The notes under the pieces are model-generated. The model was not told the DNA's origin, ran no database searches, and was given only the letters and a program-made list of their open reading frames with translations. Positions 27,301 to 38,197 of a stretch of DNA of 64,000 nt are shown one piece after another. This DNA is from Auanema rhodensis. Its lineage: Eukaryota; Animalia; Nematoda. The translations under genes and the position numbers were made by a program. Position 1 is the first letter of the stretch. The number at the start of each line of letters is the position of its first letter. The DNA lies in the NCBI GenBank assembly GCA_964057225.1, contig OZ059900.1, positions 19,716,001-19,780,000 on the forward strand, given 5' to 3'.

Positions 27301-30300
27301 TATGCTGGAAAACCAGTTTTTGGAAATTTCGCTGTAAACAAGGTTTTGACTTACGATTTCATGTGTTCAAACTCATGCAATGTCAATGAAACCTAGCTCA
27401 AAATTGTTCGTACAACGTCTAGTTCCACTTTCACGACAAAAAAACAGGGGTTAGAAAATTAAGGAAATTAGCATATTCTGAGGGCACGCCCCTTATGGCT
27501 AATATTGATTAAATCGATTTTTGTTCATATGAGTCGTCAAATGCAACGAATTTCAGCGTGTTACATACTAAAATGAAGCATTTTACATGCTGAACACTAG
27601 AAAAATACAAAAACACAGTATTTCCCATGAGAAATATTTTATTATGCTGGAAAACCAGTTTTTGGAAATTTCGCTGTAAACAAGGTTTTGACTTACGATT
27701 TCATGTGTTCAAACTCATGCAATGTCAATGAAACCTAGCTCAAAATTGTTCGTACAACGTCTAGTTCCACTTTCACGACAAAAAAACAGGGGTTAGAAAA
27801 TTAAGGAAATTAGCATATTCTGAGGGCACGCCCCTTATGGCTAATATTGATTAAATCGATTTTTGTTCATATGAGTCGTCAAATGCAACGAATTTCAGCG
27901 TGTTACATACACTAAAATGAACCATTTTACATGCTGAACACTAGAAAAATACAAAAACACAGTATTTCCCATGAGAAATATTTTATTATGCTGGAAAACC
28001 AGTTTTTGGAAATTTCGCTCTAAACAAGGTTTTGACTTACGATTTCATGTGTTCAAACTCATGCAATGTCAATAAAACCTAGCTCAAAATTGTTTGTACA
28101 ACGTCTAGTTCCACTTTCACGACAAAAAACAGGGGTTAGAAAATTAAGGAAATTAGCATATTCTGAGGGCACGCCCCTTATAGCTAATATTGATTAAATC
28201 GATTTTTGTTCATATGAGTCGTCAAATGCAACGAATTTCAGCGTGTTACATACTAAAATGAAGCATTTTACATGCTGAACACTAGAAAAATACAAAAACA
28301 CAGTATTTCCCATGAGAAATATTTTATTATGCTGGAAAACCAGTTTTTGGAAATTTCGCTGTAAACAAGGTTTTGACTTACGATTTCATGTGTTCAAACT
28401 CATGCAATGTCAATGAAACCTAGCTCAAAATTGTTCGTACAACGTCTAGTTCCACTTTCACGACAAAAAAACAGGGGTTAGAAAATTAAGGAAATTAGCA
28501 TATTCTGAGGGCACGCCCCTTATGGCTAATATTGATTAAATCGATTTTTGTTCATATGAGTCGTCAAATGCAACGAATTTCAGCGTGTTACATACTAAAA
28601 TGAAGCATTTTACATGCTGAACACTAGAAAAATACAAAAACACAGTATTTCCCATGAGAAATATTTTATTATGCTGGAAAACCAGTTTTTGGAAATTTCG
28701 CTGTAAACAAGGTTTTGACTTACGATTTCATGTGTTCAAACTCATGCAATGTCAATGAAACCTAGCTCAAAATTGTTCGTACAACGTCTAGTTCCACTTT
28801 CACGACAAAAAAACAGGGGTTAAAAAATTAAGGAAATTAGCATATTCTGAGGGCACGCCCCTTATGGCTAATATTGATTAAATCGATTTTTGTTCATATG
28901 AGTCGTCAAATGCAACGAATTTCAGCGTGTTACATACACTAAAATGAACCATTTTACATGCTGAACACTAGAAAAATACAAAAACACAGTATTTCCCATG
29001 AGAAATATTTTATTATGCTGGAAAACCAGTTTTTGGAAATTTCGCTGTAAACAAGGTTTTGACTTACGATTTCATGTGTTCAAACTCATGCAATGTCAAT
29101 GAAACCTAGCTCAAAATTGTTCGTACAACGTCTAGTTCCACTTTCACGACAAAAAAACAGGGGTTAGAAAATTAAGGGAATTAGCATATTCTGAGGGCAC
29201 GCCCCTTATGGCTAATATTGATTAAATCGATTTTTGTTCATATGAGTCGTCAAATGCAACGAATTTCAGCGTGTTACATACTAAAATGAAGCATTTTACA
29301 TGCTGAACACTAGAAAAATACAAAAACACAGTATTTCCCATGAGAAATATTTTATTATGCTGGAAAACCAGTTTTTGGAAATTTCGCTGTAAACAAGGTT
29401 TTGACTTACGATTTCATGTGTTCAAACTCATGCAATGTCAATGAAACCTAGCTCAAAATTGTTCGTACAACGTCTAGTTCCACTTTCACGACAAAAAAAC
29501 AGGGGTTAGAAAATTAAGGAAATTAGCATATTCTGAGGGCACGCCCCTTATGGCTAATATTGATTAAATCGATTTTTGTTCATATGAGTCGTCAAATGCA
29601 ACGAATTTCAGCGTGTTACATACTTAAATGAACCATTTTACATGCTGAACACTAGAAAAATACAAAAACACAGTATTTCCCATGAGAAATATTTTATTAT
29701 GCTGGAAAACCAGTTTTTGGAAATTTCGCTGTAAACAAGGTTTTGACTTACGATTTCATGTGTTCAAACTCATGCAATGTCAATGAAACCTAGCTCAAAA
29801 TTGTTTGTACAACGTCTAGTTCCACTTTCACGACAAAAAAACAGGGGTTAGAAAATTAAGGAAATTAGCATATTCTGAGGGCACGCCCCTTATGGCTAAT
29901 ATTGATTAAATCGATTTTTGTTCATATGAGTAGTCAAATGCAACGAATTTCAGCGTGTTACATACTAAAATGAAGCATTTTACATGCTGAACACTAGAAA
30001 AATACAAAAACACAGTATTTCCCATGAGAAATATTTTATTATGCTGGAAAACCAGTTTTAGGAAATTTCGCTGTAAACAAGGTTTTGACTTACGATTTCA
30101 TGTGTTCAAACTCATGCAATGTCAATGAAACCTAGCTCAAAATTGTTCGTACAACGTCTAGTTCCACTTTCACGACAAAAAAACAGGGGTTAGAAAATTA
30201 AGGAAATTAGCATATTCTGAGGGCACGCCCCTTATGGCTAATATTGATTAAATCGATTTTTGTTCATATGAGTCGTCAAATGCAACGAATTTCAGCGTGT

Positions 30301-32899
30301 TACATACTAAAATGAAGCATTTTACATGCTGAACACTAGAAAAATACAAAAACACAGTATTTCCCATGAGAAATATTTTATTATGCTGGAAAACCAGTTT
30401 TTGGAAATTTCGCTGTAAACAAGGTTTTGACTTACGATTTCATGTGTTCAAACTCATGCAATGTCAATGAAACCTAGCTCAAAATTGTTCGTACAACGTC
30501 TAGTTCCACTTTCACGACAAAAAAACAGGGGTTAAAAAATTAAGGAAATTAGCATATTCTGAGGGCACGCCCCTTATGGCTAATATTGATTAAATCGATT
30601 TTTGTTCATATGAGTCGTCAAATGCAACGAATTTCAGCGTGTTACATACACTAAAATGAACCATTTTACATGCTGAACACTAGAAAAATACAAAAACACA
30701 GTATTTCCCATGAGAAATATTTTATTATGCTGGAAAACCAGTTTTTGGAAATTTCGCTGTAAACAAGGTTTTGACTTACGATTTCATGTGTTAAAACTCA
30801 TGCAATGTCAATGAAACCTAGCTCAAAATTGTTCGTACAACGTCTAGTTCCACTTTCACGACAAAAAAACAGGGGTTAGAAAATTAAGGAAATTAGCATA
30901 TTCTGAGGGCACGCCCCTTATGACTAATATTGATTAAATCGATTTTTGTTCATATGAGTCGTCAAATGCAACGAATTTCAGCGTGTTACATACTAAAATG
31001 AAGCATTTTACATGCTGAACACTAGAAAAATACAAAAACACAGTATTTCCCATGAGAAATATTTTATTATGCTGGAAAACCAGTTTTTGGAAATTTCGCT
31101 GTAAACAAGGTTTTGACTTACGATTTCATGTGTTAAAACTCATGCAATGTCAATGAAACCTAGCTCAAAATTGTTCGTACAACGTCTAGTTCCACTTTCA
31201 CGACAAAAAAACAGGGGTTAGAAAATTAAGGGAATTAGCATATTCTGAGGGCACGCCCCTTATGGCTAATATTGATTAAATCGATTTTTGTTCATATGAG
31301 TCGTCAAATGCAACGAATTTCAGCGTGTTACATACTAAAATGAAGCATTTTACATGCTGAACACTAGAAAAATACAAAAACACAGTATTTCCCATGAGAA
31401 ATATTTTATTATGCTGGAAAACCAGTTTTTGGAAATTTCGCTGTAAACAAGGTTTTGACTTACGATTTCATGTGTTAAAACTCATGCAATGTCAATGAAA
31501 CCTAGCTCAAAATTGTTTGTACAACGTCTATTTCCACTTTCACGACAAAAAAACAGGGGTTAAAAAATTAAGGAAATTAGCATATTCTGAGGGCACGCCC
31601 CTTATGGCTAATATTGATTAAATCGATTTTTGTTCATATGAGTCGTCAAATGCAACGAATTTCAGCGTGTTACATACACTAAAATGAACCATTTTACATG
31701 CTGAACACTAGAAAAATACAAAAACACAGTATTTCCCATGAGAAATATTTTATTATGCTGGAAAACCAGTTTTTGGAAATTTCGCTGTAAACAAGGTTTT
31801 GACTTACGATTTCATGTGTTAAAACTCATGCAATGTCAATGAAACCTAGCTCAAAATTGTTCGTACAACGTCTAGTTCCACTTTCACGACAAAAAAACAG
31901 GGGTTAGAAAATTAAGGAAATTAGCATATTCTGAGGGCACGCCCCTTATGACTAATATTGATTAAATCGATTTTTGTTCATATGAGTCGTCAAATGCAAC
32001 GAATTTCAGCGTGTTACATACTAAAATGAAGCATTTTACATGCTGAACACTAGAAAAATACAAAAACACAGTATTTCCCATGAGAAATATTTTATTATGC
32101 TGGAAAACCAGTTTTTGGAAATTTCGCTGTAAACAAGGTTTTGACTTACGATTTCATGTGTTCAAACTCATGCAATGTCAATGAAACCTAGCTCAAAATT
32201 GTTCGTACAACGTCTAGTTCCACTTTCACGACAAAAAAACAGGGGTTAGAAAATTAAGGGAATTAGCATATTCTGAGGGCACGCCCCTTATGGCTAATAT
32301 TGATTAAATCGATTTTTGTTCATATGAGTCGTCAAATGCAACGAATTTCAGCGTGTTACATACTAAAATGAAGCATTTTACATGCTGAACACTAGAAAAA
32401 TACAAAAACACAGTATTTCCCATGAGAAATATTTTATTATGCTGGAAAACCAGTTTTTGGAAATTTCGCTGTAAACAAGGTTTTGACTTACGATTTCATG
32501 TGTTCAAACTCATGCAATGTCAATGAAACCTAGCTCAAAATTGTTCGTACAACGTCTAGTTCCACTTTCACGACAAAAAAACAGGGGTTAGAAAATTAAG
32601 GAAATTAGCATATTCTGAGGGCACGCCCCTTATGGCTAATATTGATTAAATCGATTTTTGTTCATATGAGTCGTCAAATGCAACGAATTTCAGCGTGTTA
32701 CATACTTAAATGAACCATTTTACATGCTGAACACTAGAAAAATACAAAAACACAGTATTTCCCATGAGAAATATTTTATTATGCTGGAAAACCAGTTTTT
32801 GGAAATTTCGCTGTAAACAAGGTTTTGACTTACGATTTCATGTGTTCAAACTCATGCAATGTCAATGAAACCTAGCTCAAAATTGTTTGTACAACGTCT

Positions 32900-35800
32900 A
32901 GTTCCACTTTCACGACAAAAAAACAGGGGTTAGAAAATTAAGGAAATTAGCATATTCTGAGGGCACGCCCCTTATGACTAATATTGATTAAATCGATTTT
33001 TGTTCATATGAGTCGTCAAATGCAACGAATTTCAGCGTGTTACATACTAAAATGAAGCATTTTACATGCTGAACACTAGAAAAATACAAAAACACAGTAT
33101 TTCCCATGAGAAATATTTTATTATGCTGGAAAACCAGTTTTTGGAAATTTCGCTGTAAACAAGGTTTTGACTTACGATTTCATGTGTTCAAACTCATGCA
33201 ATGTCAATGAAACCTAGCTCAAAATTGTTCGTACAACGTCTAGTTCCACTTTCACGACAAAAAAACAGGGGTTAGAAAATTAAGGGAATTAGCATATTCT
33301 GAGGGCACGCCCCTTATGGCTAATATTGATTAAATCGATTTTTGTTCATATGAGTCGTCAAATGCAACGAATTTCAGCGTGTTACATACTAAAATGACGC
33401 ATTTTACATGCTGAACACTAGAAAAATACAAAAACACAGTATTTCCCATGAGAAATATTTTATTATGCTGGAAAACCAGTTTTTGGAAATTTCGCTGTAA
33501 ACAAGGTTTTGACTTACGATTTCATGTGTTCAAACTCATGCAATGTCAATGAAACCTAGCTCAAAATTGTTCGTACAACGTCTAGTTCCACTTTCACGAC
33601 AAAAAAACAGGGGTTAGAAAATTAAGGAAATTAGCATATTCTGAGGGCACGCCCCTTATGGCTAATATTGATTAAATCGATTTTTGTTCATATGAGTCGT
33701 CAAATGCAACGAATTTCAGCGTGTTACATACTTAAATGAACCATTTTACATGCTGAACACTAGAAAAATACAAAAACACAGTATTTCCCATGAGAAATAT
33801 TTTATTATGCTGGAAAACCAGTTTTTGGAAATTTCGCTGTAAACAAGGTTTTGACTTACGATTTCATGTGTTCAAACTCATGCAATGTCAATGAAACCTA
33901 GCTCAAAATTGTTTGTACAACGTCTAGTTCCACTTTCACGACAAAAAAACAGGGGTTAGAAAATTAAGGAAATTAGCATATTCTGAGGGCACGCCCCTTA
34001 TGACTAATATTGATTAAATCGATTTTTGTTCATATGAGTCGTCAAATGCAACGAATTTCAGCGTGTTACATACTTAAATGAAGCATTTTACATGCTGAAC
34101 ACTAGAAAAATACAAAAACACAGTATTTCCCATGAGAAATATTTTATTATGCTGGAAAACCAGTTTTTGGAAATTTCGCTGTAAACAAGGTTTTGACTTA
34201 CGATTTCATGTGTTCAAACTCATGCAATGTCAATAAAACCTAGCTCAAAATTTTTTGTACAACGTCTAGTTCCACTTTCACGACAAAAAACAGGGGTTAG
34301 AAAATTAAGGAAATTAGCATATTCTGAGGGCACGCCCCTTATAGCTAATATTGATTAAATCGATTTTTGTTCATATGAGTCGTCAAATGCAACGAATTTC
34401 AGCGTGTTACATACTAAAATGAAGCATTTTACATGCTGAACACTAGAAAAATACAAAAACACAGTATTTCCCATGAGAAATATTTTATTATGCTGGAAAA
34501 CCAGTTTTTGGAAATTTCGCTGTAAACAAGGTTTTGACTTACGATTTCATGTGTTCAAACTCATGCAATGTCAATGAAACCTAGCTCAAAATTGTTCGTA
34601 CAACGTCTAGTTCCACTTTCACGACAAAAAAACAGGGGTTAGAAAATTAAGGAAATTAGCATATTCTGAGGGCACGCCCCTTATGGCTAATATTGATTAA
34701 ATCGATTTTTGTTCATATGAGTCGTCAAATGCAACGAATTTCAGCGTGTTACATACTAAAATGAAGCATTTTACATGCTGAACACTAGAAAAATACAAAA
34801 ACACAGTATTTCCCATGAGAAATATTTTATTATGCTGGAAAACCAGTTTTTGGAAATTTCGCTGTAAACAAGGTTTTGACTTACGATTTCATGTGTTCAA
34901 ACTCATGCAATGTCAATGAAACCTAGCTCAAAATTGTTCGTACAACGTCTAGTTCCACTTTCACGACAAAAAAACAGGGGTTAAAAAATTAAGGAAATTA
35001 GCATATTCTGAGGGCACGCCCCTTATGGCTAATATTGATTAAATCGATTTTTGTTCATATGAGTCGTCAAATGCAACGAATTTCAGCGTGTTACATACTA
35101 AAATGAAGCATTTTACATGCTGAACACTAGAAAAATACAAAAACACAGTTTTTCCCATGAGAAATATTTTATTATGCTGGAAAACCAGTTTTTGGAAATT
35201 TCGCTGTAAACAAGGTTTTGACTTACGATTTCATGTGTTCAAACTCATGCAATGTCAATGAAACCTAGCTCAAAATTGTTCGTACAACGTCTAGTTCCAC
35301 TTTCACGACAAAAAAACAGGGGTTAGAAAATTAAGGAAATTAGCATATTCTGAGGGCACGCCCCTTATGACTAATATTGATTAAATCGATTTTTGTTCAT
35401 ATGAGTCGTCAAATGCAACGAATTTCAGCGTGTTACATACTAAAATGAAGCATTTTACATGCTGAACACTAGAAAAATACAAAAACACAGTATTTCCCAT
35501 GAGAAATATTTTATTATGCTGGAAAACCAGTTTTTGGAAATTTCGCTGTAAACAAGGTTTTGACTTACGATTTCATGTGTTCAAACTCATGCAATGTCAA
35601 TGAAACCTAGCTCAAAATTGTTCGTACAACGTCTAGTTCCACTTTCACGACAAAAAAACAGGGGTTAGAAAATTAAGGGAATTAGCATATTCTGAGGGCA
35701 CGCCCCTTATGGCTAATATTGATTAAATCGATTTTTGTTCATATGAGTCGTCAAATGCAACGAATTTCAGCGTGTTACATACTAAAATGACGCATTTTAC

Positions 35801-37489
35801 ATGCTGAACACTAGAAAAATACAAAAACACAGTATTTCCCATGAGAAATATTTTATTATGCTGGAAAACCAGTTTTTGGAAATTTCGCTGTAAACAAGGT
35901 TTTGACTTACGATTTCATGTGTTCAAACTCATGCAATGTCAATGAAACCTAGCTCAAAATTGTTCGTACAACGTCTAGTTCCACTTTCACGACAAAAAAA
36001 CAGGGGTTAGAAAATTAAGGAAATTAGCATATTCTGAGGGCACGCCCCTTATGGCTAATATTGATTAAATCGATTTTTGTTCATATGAGTCGTCAAATGC
36101 AACGAATTTCAGCGTGTTACATACTTAAATGAACCATTTTACATGCTGAACACTAGAAAAATACAAAAACACAGTATTTCCCATGAGAAATATTTTATTA
36201 TGCTGGAAAACCAGTTTTTGGAAATTTCGCTGTAAACAAGGTTTTGACTTACGATTTCATGTGTTCAAACTCATGCAATGTCAATGAAACCTAGCTCAAA
36301 ATTGTTTGTACAACGTCTAGTTCCACTTTCACGACAAAAAAACAGGGGTTAGAAAATTAAGGAAATTAGCATATTCTGAGGGCACGCCCCTTATGACTAA
36401 TATTGATTAAATCGATTTTTGTTCATATGAGTCGTCAAATGCAACGAATTTCAGCGTGTTACATACTTAAATGAAGCATTTTACATGCTGAACACTAGAA
36501 AAATACAAAAACACAGTATTTCCCATGAGAAATATTTTATTATGCTGGAAAACCAGTTTTTGGAAATTTCGCTGTAAACAAGGTTTTGACTTACGATTTC
36601 ATGTGTTCAAACTCATGCAATGTCAATAAAACCTAGCTCAAAATTTTTTGTACAACGTCTAGTTCCACTTTCACGACAAAAAACAGGGGTTAGAAAATTA
36701 AGGAAATTAGCATATTCTGAGGGCACGCCCCTTATAGCTAATATTGATTAAATCGATTTTTGTTCATATGAGTCGTCAAATGCAACGAATTTCAGCGTGT
36801 TACATACTAAAATGAAGCATTTTACATGCTGAACACTAGAAAAATACAAAAACACAGTATTTCCCATGAGAAATATTTTATTATGCTGGAAAACCAGTTT
36901 TTGGAAATTTCGCTGTAAACAAGGTTTTGACTTACGATTTCATGTGTTCAAACTCATGCAATGTCAATGAAACCTAGCTCAAAATTGTTCGTACAACGTC
37001 TAGTTCCACTTTCACGACAAAAAAACAGGGGTTAGAAAATTAAGGAAATTAGCATATTCTGAGGGCACGCCCCTTATGGCTAATATTGATTAAATCGATT
37101 TTTGTTCATATGAGTCGTCAAATGCAACGAATTTCAGCGTGTTACATACTAAAATGAAGCATTTTACATGCTGAACACTAGAAAAATACAAAAACACAGT
37201 ATTTCCCATGAGAAATATTTTATTATGCTGGAAAACCAGTTTTTGGAAATTTCGCTGTAAACAAGGTTTTGACTTACGATTTCATGTGTTCAAACTCATG
37301 CAATGTCAATGAAACCTAGCTCAAAATTGTTCGTACAACGTCTAGTTCCACTTTCACGACAAAAAAACAGGGGTTAAAAAATTAAGGAAATTAGCATATT
37401 CTGAGGGCACGCCCCTTATGGCTAATATTGATTAAATCGATTTTTGTTCATATGAGTCGTCAAATGCAACGAATTTCAGCGTGTTACAT
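32900..37489 (-). repeat. 7-monomer tandem duplication (2393 bp) within the inverted block
   Basis: ATGACGCATT at 33398 and 35791, and AAAATTTTTTGTAC at ~34250 and ~36643, are both offset by 2393. Limits are approximate. Confidence 0.8.
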
Positions 37490-37505
37490 GTGTTCAAACT
37501 CATGC
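37286..37505 (-). repeat. Truncated 204-bp monomer (138-bp internal deletion at a CAT/ATG microhomology)
   Basis: ...CAGCGTGTTACAT|GTGTTCAAACTC at 37489/37490. Equivalent landmarks at 37286 and 37490 are 204 bp apart instead of 342. The join fuses monomer ATG 17-19 to ATG 155-157. Confidence 0.93.
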
Positions 37506-38166
37506 AATGTCAATGAAACCTAGCTCAAAATTGTTCCTACAACGTCTAGTTCCACTTTCACGACAAAAAAACAGGGGTTAGAAAATTTAGGAAATTAGCA
37601 TATTCTGAGGGCACGCCCCTTATGGCTAATATTGATTAAATCGATTTTTGTTCATATGAGTCGTCAAATGCAACGAATTTCAGCGTGTTACATACTAAAA
37701 TGAAGTATTTTACATGCTGAACACTAGAAAAATACAAAAACACAGTATTTCCCATGAGAAATATTTTATTATGCTGGAAAACCAGTTTTTGGAAATTTCG
37801 CTGTAAACAAGGTTTTGACTTACGATTTCATGTGTTCAAACTCATGCAATGTCAATGAAACCTAGCTCAAAATTGTTCCTACAACGTCTAGTTCCACTTT
37901 CACGACAAAAAACAGGGGTTAGAAAATTAAGGAAATTAGCATATTCTGAGGGCACGCCCCTTATGGCTAATATTGATTAAATCGATTTTTGTTCATATGA
38001 GTCTTCAAATGCAACGAATTTCAGCGTGTTACATACTAAAATGAAGCATTTTACATGCTGAACACTAGAAAAATACAAAAACACAGTATTTCCCATGAGA
38101 AATATTTTATTATGCTGGAAAACCAGTTTTTGGAATTTTCGCTGTAAACAAGGTTTTGACTTACGA

Positions 38167-38197
38167 AAAGACGTTGTACGAACAATTTTGTTTTATT
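38167..38197. other. Right inversion junction with 31-bp insert containing templated satellite fragments
   Basis: TTACGA | AA | AGACGTTGTACGAACAATTTTG (38169-38190 = monomer 301-322, +) | TTTTATT(AT) (38191-38199 = reverse complement of monomer 76-84) | ATATTAGCC. Confidence 0.9.

Larger units (their letters stand above)
21310..38166 (-). repeat. Inverted satellite block (~16.9 kb, ~49-50 monomers in reverse complement)
   Basis: From 21310 the sequence reads ATTAGCATATTCTGAGGGCACGCCCC..., the reverse complement of the monomer from position 254 downward. It stays reversed until ...GGTTTTGACTTACGA at 38166 (monomer position 23). Confidence 0.98.

Noticed and set aside
38167-38197. Transposon footprint or foreign insertion at the right junction
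   Set aside because: Nearly all inserted bases match the satellite itself. No target-site duplication or terminal repeat is visible.
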